DNA from: Pecten maximus
Lineage: Eukaryota
DNA length: 64,000 nt
Direction: 5' to 3'
NCBI RefSeq assembly: GCF_902652985.1
Contig: NC_047023.1
Coordinates: 24,056,001 to 24,120,000 of the forward strand
Positions 25,508 to 39,195 of the stretch are shown here, piece after piece. The position numbers and the translations under genes were made by a program. Numbering within the stretch: position 1 is the first letter of the stretch; each line of letters opens with the position of its first letter. Under the pieces are notes generated by a model that ran no database searches, was not told where the DNA came from, and worked only from the letters and a program-made list of their open reading frames with translations.

Positions 25508-28500
25508 TTAATATTCTACAGTCGACTTCTCTATAATTTTAGATAGCTTCGTGTGCTTATTCCACATGCCGTATCGTAAAATTTAAAGATTTATATGTAT
25601 GTATACATTTATCAGATGACAGACACTCTGAACAAAAAAGAAGATACCAATTCTTTGCTACTACGTTCCTCCAAACTCAATAGATGATTATATAATGTGA
25701 TGTAAAACGATATAGACTTTCCATTAAAAAAAAAAGGAAGAGCAATCTGTAGTATCAAGATAATTCCGCCAGCACCTTTGATGTCGTAGTCATAGTATTG
25801 ACGAACTGGAAAATGTACCAGAAAATATAAAACAGGAAAACCCGAAGCAGAAATGGTGATAAAATGGGGAGGAATGGTTGGGATTTGATTGTCTTACTAT
25901 TTTTTTTCCAAATGTCTTTCGGATATATTGTGTAAAGGGCATAACTAAAAATAATAGGGGAGGTAACTAGGTACACCTCAATGAAAATATGTAGTCGTAT
26001 AATTTAGTGCATACTAGAAAAAGGAATTTGTTATATTGATAGGTATCAAATTAGATCCCAAAATCAATACGCCAGTCTTCATATGATAAATCAAATTATT
26101 CACAAAAACAAAACAAAAACAAAAACAAAAAACAAAAATCAAAAATCAAAAGTACCTGAAATTTTATAATTTCCTCCTTTATCATTGTTTTAGTCATAAT
26201 TGTTCTGCCAATATTGAAAATAATCTTAAAATTATAAAAAAAAGTTTCTTCCTTATATAAATAAACCTTTACATATCGCAAACAAGTAGGTTTGTTTATT
26301 CCCATTCTCGAGCGTTTAACTCTTTAAGGATATTCAATTGTTCAAATAAAATCTTTTACATAATTAATATTTATAATTAATGAAGAGAAAGTGAAATAGG
26401 GTGGTTGATATCATTTGTTTTGCATTTTTTGTAAAGTGAATTAAGTTTCTATATATTTGTTTTCAAATGAGAAATAACAACAGGCGACACTCTGAATCGT
26501 CGAATATTAATTTTATTGACAATTTCATGGATTCAAAATTGAAGATCTGAAAAGGTTTCTAGGTGGGGCCATAGCGGTTGTTCATGTGGGAATGACAGTC
26601 AACAAAAGATGGGTTTTGCAACATGCATGACATGATAAAGTATATAATTACAATTTGCTTTGATGACAATCTGCATCTCGTCTTTTTCTAAATCTATCTG
26701 AATTGTTGACATGTAAGACATACGTATAATGTATCAGGTATGAATGGTTGGTTAGTTTAAATGTAACTAGGATTTGTGTATCCTTAATTTTCTGAACTTG
26801 TCAGAGGACTGGTTGGTTTGGATTAAAATATAAAGGTAGAGTAAAAACAAATATGGCGACCCTTGACGACAAGTTGTCCCGGATATCCCGTACGTGGAAG
26901 TGTATCATTGCATCTGTTGTAACCTAAATTTAGTTTAAACCTAGAAATTTTCGTTTTTTGAAGATAAGAAAACACAAAAATAGCTAGGAAACATAATAAA
27001 ACATTTTAAGTCATAAATACTGCTGATATCATTTATCTGAAACGTGACGGAATTTAGTATTCAATATTCCTATAAGACAGATACCGACATTTTATCTAAC
27101 ATAATTCCAATCGTACTTTTGGGAATGATATACCAAATAACAACACAGGGTTGGTGTGCCTAGCTTACTAATGTTCAAGTAAGAAAGTCTATTATACCTT
27201 CGAAAGCAATGTCTGTATTCACGTTACATATAATAACGGGCATTGTTATGCAAACAATGTCTTAAATTGTAGATATTTGCAAAGCTGTTATAACAGCAAT
27301 TATTTCTCTTTTCAAATGACATTTGAAGAGACAAATTGTACTTTTCAACATGAAACGTTATAAAAAGGAAACAATTTGAGACTTTCGGCGATATTGATTG
27401 GTTAAAATTGACAGTAAACATTACTGGGGAATAATAATCACCAGGCTTCAAATAAGTGTCATATTATTGTTCCTGCGTTCTGTGTCTTAAGAGTCCATTC
27501 ATGTCGACATTGTATCATATGATAGAAATACCAAGTGAATTAGCGCTCCTAATTAGGGAACTGTTATTATTGGGTTTAAGGAGAACATAATTTAAGAAGC
27601 ATGCACTGCAGAGATATTAACAGCTGGGAAATGGATCATCAGCGACAATTATGTTGTCCCTGTTCGAATATTACTCAATGTCTTAATCTCTTAAAAAACA
27701 TTTCAACGGCAGTGTTTGGATAAATAAAATCCCATTGATTAGCAGTATATACGGTGAGATTTGCTGAAAAGACCAATCTCACAGGGGCCATACGCACACA
27801 ACTAGTAGAGAATGAATCAATGGAGATTTATTTAGTTTCAATTTTCCCAGACAACAAGTTGATACCGTTACTCTTAATAACACACCTTTCACGTCGATCC
27901 TTAAAACTAGACAGAACAGGTGTTCTTGGGGAGAATGCCAGTCGCCATCTTAGTATTATTTCGAACGTTATGTTTCAGTTTCTTGCAGAAGTTAAGCACT
28001 TTCGCTTTCTTTGTTGACCGACACAGTTTCTTTAAATCAAGTTTTTTTTGTATCAGGATGACCGGAATCACCGGTCCAGCAACAGCTTGTCATAATAATT
28101 CTGTTTTTTATTTACTTCGTTGCGTCATTCCCTTATCCCGCTTCCTGATATTTCGTTATATTTCCCCCGTTTATGTTGACATATATATTGTTCTATTTAA
28201 CTTAACAATATTGGTGTTTCGTATAATTACTAGTATCAAAAGCTTTGATAAATAGAAGTTATGACCTAAACATTATAATCCTCGGTAGTAATACAATTGG
28301 TACAAGCTAAAACAATACACGCCTACGGAACAAGACGTTGTGTGTCAGTCTATTTGATTTTAATGCACAGTAATGTTTGCACGTTTATGTCGTTCAAAGT
28401 CACATTTCTGTTTCTGTGTTGAATATATTTTTCCAATCAGGTATTTTTGTTACAAGCGACGCTGAGGTAGTTTTCAGATTTTTCAATATCATTCCTAAAA

Positions 28501-31463
28501 TCGTATGTGAGTTTAAAACAAGACAGTCAAACATCGCCATCTCGAACTTTGATAAGTTGAAACCCTACTTCATTCAATGTAAAAATTAAGCCCCGACTCT
28601 AAAACTCTATATAAAATAAACTTGACTAACACGAATTCCGTGAATCTCGAATTATTTCCATTTGGCAACATACTTTGAGATAAGGTGGATGGACTGTATA
28701 AAACAACTGAAAAAATGATTATGATAAACACGTGATTACTCGCCTGTTACCTGCTATGTTTTATATGTGTATTGCTGTTTCCCTTCTTTACCCTGTAGTT
28801 AGATTGTATTTAAACAAAAATAACTTAATTTCGTGCCCTTATTTAACTAGCTCGGCTTATGGCACTATTGTTACGTACATGCATGCAAGTCGTAAGTAGA
28901 ATTTCAGTAACGCAGAAATTATAATGATTCGGATTTTAACCTGGCATTAACACAAATACACACCAATATGGAGAATAGTAAAATGGTTTAGATCTAGAAC
29001 ATTACCAAGTGTACGAGTCATTGTATTTCTAAATAGCAAAATCAGACAAAACAGAACATTTTATAGATATTTCTGCATGACTGTGTTACTTTGGCCACCA
29101 TCTTAACACGAGACTATACGCTTTCCTATTCTTATTTAGTGATACTTATTATGAAGTATCGACTTCAGTTTTGAACTGGCGAATGTTTGTCAAGTATTAT
29201 CAAACACATCTGGGCATCTGGGTGACAGATTTGCAAGGTTACGTGCATTATCGCATCTACTAAAGATCACATTCTTCTTTGGACCTGTTTTACTGTAAGC
29301 TTAGCAGAAGAAGGAAGAGCAATATTGCCATTTCGTCGGAAATGATGCTATCCTGACTGAATATAAACTATTTCTAATGTAAGCTATCATATGCAAATCC
29401 CCCGGAAGTGACGTCAGTCTGAGATAGATTTATATTCAGATTTGTTGATGGATGGTGCTTTTTCCGTAATGACTGAGTGTGTGTAATATAGAACCAATTA
29501 CAGACGATCTAGCCCGGTAAAATACGTCTCAAGTAGCTTAATTTCTCCGTCAGGCGCATTTCAGCAATTTATTGCCCGGACGTAATTGCATTTAGGACTC
29601 CGTCCTAACTTTGGACCGCACTTACAGTAATATTTCGTTTGACATGATGTGACATGTTTATAACTGATGATCATATAGAAATACAGATAAGATACAAATT
29701 ATTTTCAATAACTGAATTAACGGCTTAATGTGGTCAAAGGTTGAATCGTTAGTTTCTCCTAATAGGTCCACTACATTAACGTTTCTCCAAGACGTACGAT
29801 TTAGGGACTGTTTATCCATAAAGTGTAGTGAAACATGTCCCAAAACCTAGCCATCAGTTTATTCCTCGAACTAAGCAGAAGACAGTCCACGTTAGGATAA
29901 ATAATGCCTCTTTGAAATAATTTGGAAACATAACCGGGGAAAATCGTTTGAATCAGATTTCATGTCTATGCTGTCAGGTCTGCTTTTCAAGAAGAACGGA
30001 GAAAACCAAGCAAAACATACCTTCCTCTACTCCATTCCACCACTACCTTATACTGGTCCCAATCAATTATCCATAGTCCTTAAATGACCTTATTGTGATA
30101 CGTTATACAATAATATTCAAACAACTAACTTAATCTCATAATTTAATGTCTCAGTGTTGTCATTATCAATCAAACTTAGGTATAGGCTATGACAACAATC
30201 GTCAATAAGTGTATTGTTTGTGTTTCATTGAAAATCCCCTCCATTACCCGAATCTTCGGCACTATAATTTGTGATGAGTAAGACCATTCATTTGCGATTA
30301 GACTGTCCTGAAATAATCCTTAGATTGTTATCTAAGATCTAATATGGCCGGGATTACTGCCAAGTTGAAAAAAACGCATTTTCCCCCTTTATTGAGTTTG
30401 TGTGTGTTCAACACCTGATCCTGATCCCGATCTTATTCTGACCAAGTGTGGTAGTTTTTCCGATAGGAACAAAATATCATGGTCGCTATGACTACCATCT
30501 TTGACCATACATCTTAAACTTTTTCAAATCAGCTGGTTCCAATGAGAAACAGATGCGTACTTATCCTCTTTACGAGATGTCAACTCTTAACTGGTCTCTG
30601 AGTTCTGGACACAGAAACAAATGGGATTCAGCTGACATTTGTTCCCATGATATTGTGTTTTGATTGGAAATATTTGAAAGTGTTTGAAACAAAATATAAA
30701 AATAAATCATGTTGTTTATAGTTCCTTTTAAACGGGACAGCTTGAATAATTTAGATGTTTGAATCGATGTATGGATAGCAGGGGCATTGAAGCTCGTCGC
30801 GAGGAGACGATTTTAACCTCTATATATTACTTGTCGGCATAAAGGGGATTGTATACTGGTGTACTTACATTAGACGGAGGTCTTGCAGGCGCTTTAATGT
30901 ATTTAGGACATGTATATATTTTATATAGGTCGTCATTGTGGAGATAAAAAGTATGTTCTTGATCCGGGTACATAAAACGGATTGGGTATCTGTAGACGTT
31001 TTCACCACCATCACATTAGTCTCACCAACAGTGGTATCAACTGCTTATCGTCAAAGCTCGTACAGCGTAACGATGAATACATATGGGTAGGATATTCTGC
31101 AATGGTATTAAAACAACAAAGAATACCGACACCATAACGAAACCTGACATCAAACTTAATGTCTAATAAACGAGGGGGATACATAAACAAACATATAGAT
31201 TTGCATGGAGACTCTTGAAAAAGGAAAAGGATGATAACACCCAGGTACTCCAGACAAGTTAGCGTCATTTGTTTCATCGACGACATCCGGAATGTAGAAA
31301 TATTGAGCTTAGTCACAATCTCAAATCAGAGTTAGGGTGGTGATAATGAAACTAGTCGGCATATCAACAATTCTATATATTTGCAATGCAATCGATTTTA
31401 TCATTGAACTTTTTTTCCACAATTTCCATCTTAATTCAAATATATTTCTTTTATTTTTTGTAG

Positions 31464-31668
31464 ATTGTGTGGATGAACCCAAAGCGTATCGTTGTAAGTC
31501 ATAAAGAAAGCCGTTATATTAACGACCCCCGTATGAGTATCGAGCGGCCATTTATGGGGGACTACAATCTCCACATACGGAGTGTAAAGTACGAAGATCG
31601 TGGTGACTATATGTGTACAATAAACACCCGTCCAGTTACCATCAAAAGGATCCGCCTTATCGTTCAAG
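31464..31668 (+). CDS. Lachesin-like gene, exon B (rest of Ig1)
   Basis: Acceptor ttttttgtag|ATT (phase 0, matches exon A), donor CAAG|gtaagt (phase 1). Encodes IVWMNPKRIVVSHKESRYINDPRMSIERPFMGDYNLHIRSVKYEDRGDYMCTINTRPVTIKRIRLIVQ, with the Ig Trp, L.I..V..ED.G.Y.C motif. Confidence 0.95.
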
Positions 31669-31896
31669 GTAAGTCCCGGTGTCTTTTATCAGGAACCCAG
31701 CTGTCCTGATCTGACATCGCATAGGATCCTAGATACAATGTATATCCTCACAGAAACAATATTGTTTGAATTATTTCGTCATAGTATGATTTAATGCATT
31801 CGTTGTATTGTTCGATATTTTATCATTATACCTTTCTGTAATCATATTATTCACAAATATCGTGATCTGATTGCAACATACCATTATATTAGCTTA

Positions 31897-32130
31897 CAAT
31901 TTCATTATAATACTATACAATATCATTGTTGTGCAACTTCATTACAATATTGTACAACATTCTTTTTGTACAACTTCATTATGATATTGTACAACATAAT
32001 TTTTGCTCAACTTCATTATAACATTGTACAATATCATTGTGGTACAACTTCATTAAAATATTGTACAGCATCATTTTTGTTTAACTTCATTATAGCAATG
32101 TACAGCAACGCTATTGTACAACTTCATTAT
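31897..32130. repeat. Degenerate 37-bp minisatellite, about 7 copies
   Basis: CAACTTCATT-like core at 31897, 31934, 31971, 32008, 32045, 32082, 32119. Confidence 0.85.
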
Positions 32131-33118
32131 ACTTTAGATATGATACTGACAAGCGTCTTTGCGAATCCGAAGTCAACGGAACTTTTCATCGGTTCACATT
32201 TTGCTGATGTTGCTACCGCCATTTCTGATGGCAATTAGGCCTATAACTTATCTATGTATGGTATATCTAATAACCGATAGATATTTTCCATTATTCTTTT
32301 ACAACAGCGCACTCGTATTTAACGAGACTGTTTGGTGTATTTAAATGTACTGACAATTTTACCGATGTGAAGTCGAGTGACGGTTTCCTAAGAAGAATTT
32401 GTTTCTTAGTATTAATAAAATGACACAGAAACTTAATCTATTTACAACAATTGCGAAACAAGTTTTGACAACTTTTACTAACCACACTATCATTAATCCC
32501 GTCAATGATAGTCCTAGAGACAATCAATACTATTCGGCCCGGACTGAAGTTTAAATAGAAGGGGTCTTACTGAGGGAGTAACAAAGAAGGCAATGATAAA
32601 ATGATAAAAATTAATAATTATATGATGAAATAAAATAATATGATAATGACATGGAATAGTATAATAATGAAATCGAATAATATTTGGTGAAAGGTTGCAG
32701 TATTAAACCCTGAATTACTGTATACCGGAAACTACCGTATGTAATCATAACTATCGTAAAATATTGATTCTGGTAAAGAGGACTTACGTTTTCAGTTCTT
32801 AGCCAAAACAAAAACTAGCGTAATTAATTTAATAAAATGTAGAACAGTACACAATGGAAGCCAAGTCATATAACGATAAATTCAATTCACATATAAAACA
32901 TTGATGACATCGAATACTATTATGGTGAAATTATATACATATAATATACTGATAGAATCAACAATATAATGATAGAAACTAAACTATAATGGAAATATCA
33001 CATAATACATTTATGGCATGCCATATGTGACGGCTATGATGGCTAGAAAGATGTATGAAATGGTAATAAACATTACATGATGTAGATATAACAATATAAT
33101 ATAACCATATGATATATG

Positions 33119-33573
33119 TTTATTACATTTTTACCAGTGAAATATCAAAAATTATTCATTCTATAAAAGTGATATTTTTCACTAGTGAAGAATATCATAT
33201 TTTTCACTAGTGAAAAATATCACTTTTGCTGATTTGACCAATCAAATTAATTATAAGAAAATAACAAAATAACTGACCAATCAGAAAGCCCGACATATAT
33301 GTCAGCACCTGGACAGGGGAAACTACTTTTTTTGTTTACAAATTATCGCTGTACAGTCCTAGTTAGCATACGGGGTAGGGTTTTCGTTAATAAAAAATGT
33401 AATAAACAGAATATATAACAGTGTCTTCAGTAAAACCAAATATATTTCACTCGTGTGGCTAATATTTTGATATTTTTCACTCGTGCTGCGCACTCGTGAA
33501 AAATATCAAAATATTAGCCCCACTCGTGAAATATATTTGGTATTACTGAAGACACTGTTAGATATCCTCTATA
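33119..33573 (+). mobile_element. Non-autonomous hairpin-ended DNA element, copy 2 (in intron B-C)
   Basis: Same sequence and boundaries as 11781-12233, with different flanks. Confidence 0.85.
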
Positions 33574-34494
33574 TATGGTAAGTTAATAAGGACGAACATA
33601 ATCGTCAACAAACATAAATATGAGAGTGGAAACCAAAAACAGGGTATTTTAATTTCATTTATTCAAATTAAATATCGCTTCTCTAAAAAAAACAATGGAC
33701 ATATACTTAACACGAGTATATTATCGTAGACCCTATGATAAAAAAATATCGAAACAATTATTTTAACAATTTAAAGCCCATTAAAAACTAAAATCACTTA
33801 ATTACAACGAATTGATGGAATGTACATTAAACACACGTATATATACGTATATACAATGCATATATTTATCAATAAACAAAAGAACAATAATTATAGATGT
33901 TCTAAAGCGTAATTAGTGCTATACGAACAATAAGTTATACGATTTAAAGATATATATATCAAAATAACAGAAATATATAATCTGAAACGATAACGTCCTC
34001 TTCTGACACGGCGATACCAAATCATTGTAGTTATACGGTTCTATAATATGAAAACGAGCTGGAACCAATGTAGCCCTCAGACGTGTTAAAAGACATTTGA
34101 CCCGACGTTCATTTTACACGCGGAAATAAAATGTCTGGAATTAGACCATGATGACACTATTACAACTCTTATGGCGTGGTAATTTAATCAGGAACGTTTA
34201 GAAAAAAAACAGCTATATATCTGGAAGTAATTAAACTTGAATCTAAATATACACTGGCAGTCGATGACGCTTACCTCACCATTAAATCTATATTACCCTT
34301 TATATCTTTATCCTAGATGGGCTCTTTATTCTAAAATCTTGTTTTGATTATGTGTGTTCTGCTAAATACATGTAGGCATTGTTTTAGCAGAAATGCATCT
34401 GATTATTTGTCGTAAACACGATGTGATATAAAAACAAAACCGGAGACATTTAACATGTCATTAATACTAAACATTCTTTAAACCGTTTGCGTTA

Positions 34495-34930
34495 AGTTCC
34501 AATTCCCTCTAACATCAAAGAAATTCTGCATGTCATTTATGCTGTTTCTATTCCCTCGCGGATTCTAGATATTCTCGATGTCATTTATGTTATGTTCCAG
34601 TTCCCTCGCGGATCTTTGACATTCTAACTCTCGTTTATATTATGTTCCAGTTCCCTCGCGGATCATAGACATTCTAACCATCGTTTATATTATGTTCTAG
34701 TTCCCTCGCGGATAATAGACATTCTTACCGTCATTTATGTTATGTTCTAGTTTCCTATCGGATCCTTGACATTCTAACTGTCGTTTATGCTATGTTCAAG
34801 TTCCCTATCGGATTCTAGACAGTGTACATGTTATTTGATGTATATTGATGTAAATTGCAATTCCCTCTCGGATTCTAGACAGTTTACATGTTATTTGTTG
34901 TGTATTGCAGTTCCCTCTCGGATCCTTGAC
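34495..34930 (+). repeat. 50-bp tandem array made of copies of the exon C 3' splice junction
   Basis: TTCCCT..CGGAT....GAC-like blocks (first 20 nt of exon C) start at 34551, 34601, 34651, 34701, 34751, 34801, 34861 and 34911; the last is the real exon. Confidence 0.92.
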
Positions 34931-35060
34931 TATTCCTCCTCCAATATTGTCACGGTGCGTGAGAGAAGTGATGTAGAACTCGTGTGTAATGCAACCGGGG
35001 TGCCACCCCCAACGATCACCTGGTACAGACGTACAGACGAGAACCCCCAGGGACGTGAAC
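34911..35060 (+). CDS. Lachesin-like gene, exon C (first half of Ig2)
   Basis: Acceptor tgtattgcag|TT (phase 1), donor GAAC|gtaagt (phase 1). Encodes VPSRILDYSSSNIVTVRERSDVELVCNATGVPPPTITWYRRTDENPQGRE, with the L.C.ATG.P.P.I.W motif. Confidence 0.93.
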
Positions 35061-35824
35061 GTAAGTGCTAATATTTATATTTCTTAGAATTACTAATGAA
35101 AACCAGATCGTTATAGGCAACTGCTTCATTTTAGAAGTGAAGATAAATTATCAAATGTGTATGTAATACCTTGTTCTTGATTCCCCTTATTAATATTACA
35201 AATTTGATATAGTATTAACACATTATGTCTAATCTATTCAATATTTCGTGCAGCCTAAACCCTCTCATGGCAGTTAACGTCAAGTATACCTTAACTCATA
35301 TCAAATTTAGCTTCAATCTTCCCCTTTTATCAACAATAAATAAATAAAATTTGCACATTTGGAATAATCATCTTCAATATGACTACGTTTTAAATGCTAA
35401 TAGTACAGTAAAGTATTTGTTTTTTTCTAAAACTCCAATTCTATCATATAAAGTTGCAATTTACGGATAGTAATGGTAAAGCATGTTATCTAAAATAAAG
35501 AACAATGTTTTGTAGCAGGATGTCTTTGTTTAATGTTTTCAAAGTATTGTTGATTTGCATCCAAATATGCGAACAAAAAAACCTTTAGGCAAATGCAAAG
35601 ATTAGTAGATCTTACAAGAATATTCTCAGCGTCCCGGTTAAGAGATTTTATTTTGGGTTTGTTGCTAATATGGACAAGGAAAATATCAAGATAAGATGAA
35701 TGCTGCACCACGTCTGTGATAGCATGTGTTAAAGTAGAAAGGATGTTAAATCTCAACAATCACTTTTTTCGTATAATAAGTTGACAATCAGATGAATTTT
35801 ATAAATCAATATTTATTGTTTTAG

Positions 35825-35953
35825 GAGTTGGAAACGAGGGGGAGGTCCTTGTGATACGCAACATCAGCAGATATTGTGGAGGGATATATGAGTGTATGGC
35901 TTTTAATGGGGTACCACCTGCAGTCCAGAGGCAGATAGAGGTCAAAGTTCAAT
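35825..35953 (+). CDS. Lachesin-like gene, exon D (second half of Ig2); absent from the ORF track
   Basis: Acceptor tgttttag|GA (phase 1), donor CAAT|gtacgt (phase 1). Hand translation RVGNEGEVLVIRNISRYCGGIYECMAFNGVPPAVQRQIEVKVQ contains G.Y.C.A.NGVPP, characteristic of lachesin/DIP Ig2. Confidence 0.93.
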
Positions 35954-37073
35954 GTACGTATGCCAAGAATACAACATAAATATCTCGTACAGAAATATTG
36001 GAACATATTGCTCCGTTGACATCGCTAAGGATTACAGATTCAAAGTTCAGGGAAATAGTTGACCATTCATCACAGATGATTTATCGCCAGCCAGGTCGGT
36101 CTACAGCGCCTTTGACCTGGCGTCGTATACCCAGACAGACTAACATATGGAGCTTTCCTTTGTTGATTACGCAGACGAAACCTTGCCCGAGCTATTCTTT
36201 AAGGATCATATAAAATTGAGATTAATGATTCCTGGAGGAATGCTAGAGAAAAAAAGAATCTGCCCATATCCTGATTGCGTTTTAACTGTAGTCTAATCTA
36301 CGCTTGCATACATAACTGTAGCCACGATAATGTAATAGAAATAATTTCGTCGATCACAATTACAACTTAGAACGCACTTTAGATATTTCCATTTCGTTTC
36401 AATACATGCAGCTGCGGATGTTGATCTGAACTTAACTCGGTATAAACATCATGTGATATTTTAACTAGCAACAACAATAGATGCATCTACGTATTGCATC
36501 GTTTATTGCTAAACTGTAGACACAATACACATTTCGGAATCAGCCATTGTAGTACGTTTAATAACTTAAGCGACTTCGTATGATTGACTACAAAGTTGAC
36601 ATACAAGCAAACTACGCAATGATTTTCATCCTACCTTATTGAACGTACACTACGAGCCACGTAAAAACAAACTGAGCATTGGCTAATTTGAATATGGGCT
36701 GAAAATATTCAGTCTGTCGACTTATCAAATTAGTTATTAGACTACCTAACAGGTAGATGTCAAAATACCAATGTTTTTATTCGCTATCTTTCGCAAAAGA
36801 TTTGATAAAAGATCATGGTATTTTCTTACATGCTCTGTCAGTAATAGATACTTTCTCATAGTTCCTTTTAAACAAAACATTCCATTGACCAATAAAAAGA
36901 TCACAACCTATCACGAACGTTTTAAGAGATACCGATGTAATTACTTATTCTGTAAGTATCCAGTAATCGTAGTCATATTTTACCACATCTGTCTGCATCT
37001 TAATGTACTCCACACACATAAAGTAAACACAAGTTCTATATAATTTACAATGTGTTTTTGTTTCCGTCCATAG

Positions 37074-37367
37074 TTAAACCTGAAATACGTCTACTAAACA
37101 AACGGATGGGTCAGTACCTTGACAAGGAAACCATGCTAGAATGTATAATCACTGCCTCACCACAAGGATCAAATGTTTGGCGTTTCGGTAATGTGCAACC
37201 TGACATGAAAGAAGGATGGAAATATCACTTAGAAGTTTTCGAAGACAGTAAATATACAGTGTCACTGACTCTCAGAATAAAGAACGTTAGACCAGAGGAC
37301 TTTGGAATATATACGTGTGAGGCAGCCAATCAGTTGGGTCATGCCAAGAAAGACATGGAATTATATG
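37074..37367 (+). CDS. Lachesin-like gene, exon E (Ig3)
   Basis: Acceptor ccgtccatag|TT (phase 1), donor TATG|gtatgt (phase 1). Encodes FKPEIRLLNKRMGQYLDKETMLECIITASPQ...LRIKNVRPEDFGIYTCEAANQLGHAKKDMELY. Confidence 0.95.
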
Positions 37368-37597
37368 GTATGTTTATATTTCACCTGAAGTCTCTTTCAA
37401 ATTAAAAACTTAATCCCATCTGTGTTTTAATAACATACCCGTTGCTCATGTAGACCATAGATACTTTGATATGTTGTTCGTATATACAATTTGATTTATG
37501 TGTTGCACCTTAATACTGTATACTCATTTATATCGGTCATAATATCTGCGGAATGTGTGGTATTTACCTTTTACATAGTTAAATTTACGTTAAAGAT

Positions 37598-37833
37598 CAG
37601 TTGTTCAAAAGGTGAATAGCTTAATCACTTGATTAGTGAAAATCTCATTTCCCCTTTACTGAAAATCCTGAATGTGTGTATTCCTAAAAGTAGGAATGTA
37701 GGAAGATACTGACGAGTGTTATAGTTTCATTAAATATTGTCAAGTTAGTTTTACCAGAAATTATTTTATTGTGATTTTAAGATTGTTGTTAAACTGTCAT
37801 TAGCCTAATCACCATTTGAACAACTAGGCCCTG
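37598..37833. mobile_element. MITE in intron E-F
   Basis: Inverted ends AGTTGTTCAAAAGGTGAATAGCTTAAT / ATTAGCCTAATCACCATTTGAACAACT; non-coding interior. Confidence 0.65.
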
Positions 37834-38129
37834 GTTATAAGCTTCGATGATACTTGACTATACAGACCATGTAACACCTGTATACATACTCCTTCTCCTC
37901 CCCTTATGATTATAGCTCAGCGTAGATGAATAATTTACTGAAAGGAAATTAGAAAAGAAGTTATGCTATTATAAGTATTATCGGTGTTCGTCGCTGTAAG
38001 CGACCTATTGCACAAAGCACAATGTTTAATTTATACATACCGTACCTATCACGAAATTTAAAATTTCTTTACCACATGAATAAACATGTTTTACTTATTA
38101 GAATACGTCATTTGTCAATATTTTTACAG

Positions 38130-38300
38130 AATATATCGTTCCTACTCCGCCCCCTGTGACGACGGTAGCAACAACCCCGTACAGAGTGCAAGACAACGAC
38201 GGTGGTAACGGACAGGACGGACGACTCGAAACAGTAACCCTTTTCAGTCCGAACGGAGAATCGGCGCAAATTCATAAATCATCAGACACTCAAATATTAG
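38130..38300 (+). CDS. Lachesin-like gene, exon F (Pro/Thr-rich stalk); frame stays open to a TGA at 38378-38380 if the donor is ignored
   Basis: Acceptor tttttacag|AA (phase 1); encodes EYIVPTPPPVTTVATTPYRVQDNDGG...SSDTQIL; phase-1 donor TTAG|gtaata at 38300/38301. Confidence 0.85.
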
Positions 38301-39006
38301 GTAATAGTATGTTAATAGTTACAACAATAGTGTGTGCGTGTTGGATAAAGCGATACCTCTCTTGGTTTGGAGCCACATGAGATCAGGAAATGTTAACTAT
38401 ACCAAGGGATTTAATATACTCAACATCGTGTAATACTCGATACCACATGATCATATATGTACACGCTAATTAGAATCTCGGAATATTGCTGGATTAATTG
38501 GTTCTAAAATGAACTGTCATAATCACTGATTAAGCCCACCAGTATAATTGATTCGCCTGGCAAATTGTAACATGTCGCAATGTTCTAAACATACAAATGC
38601 TCGTAGTAATCGCCCGAGCAGTGATTTAAACTGTAAGAAACCACCAATCGTAGCTGAGGAGTCGAGTAGGCCATTAGTGTACAGTACATTCCGAGATTCT
38701 CATGTTTTACGATACGTTGTACATGGAGTACCTAAGCTGGTCTGCGATTGTCCGTTCCAAATATTTATTACATGTACTTTTATATATGTAACTGAGTTTA
38801 ACTATGTATTATCAATTATTTTTAAAATGTATGCAATCATATAGATACTTAAATAGCTGTATTGATGTTCGTGATGACTCGTACTTAACATCTCAAATCT
38901 TTTATTTCAAACTTTCCTATTAAACCTTTTTTTTCTTGATATCCTTTTCCTTAGATAACTTATAAGTGTAAAAGATGAGTTTTAAATTTCTCCGCTTACT
39001 TTGCAG

Positions 39007-39128
39007 GTCAGTTTGGGACTGCGAACGTCCGTATTTCGAACACGTGTAGCACCATAATAGCAACGAAGAATTTGTTTATATATTGTATTTTATCATATAT
39101 TCTTTATGTTGTTTTCGTTACATCATGA
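39007..39128 (+). CDS. Lachesin-like gene, probable terminal exon G (GPI-anchor-signal-like tail)
   Basis: Acceptor ttctccgcttactttgcag|GT in the phase required by the 38300 donor; encodes GQFGTANVRISNTCSTIIATKNLFIYCILSYILYVVFVTS*, a small-residue region followed by a terminal hydrophobic stretch; AATAAA follows about 60 nt after the stop. Confidence 0.75.
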
Positions 39129-39189
39129 TATGTATAAGGAAGATTTTCATTTAGGAATTTGCATATATCATCAGCTCAACCATTTTTGA

Positions 39190-39195
39190 AATAAA
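39190..39195 (+). terminator. Candidate polyadenylation signal AATAAA
   Basis: First AATAAA downstream of the exon G stop codon; further copies lie downstream (e.g. near 39843), so the site used is uncertain. Confidence 0.4.
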
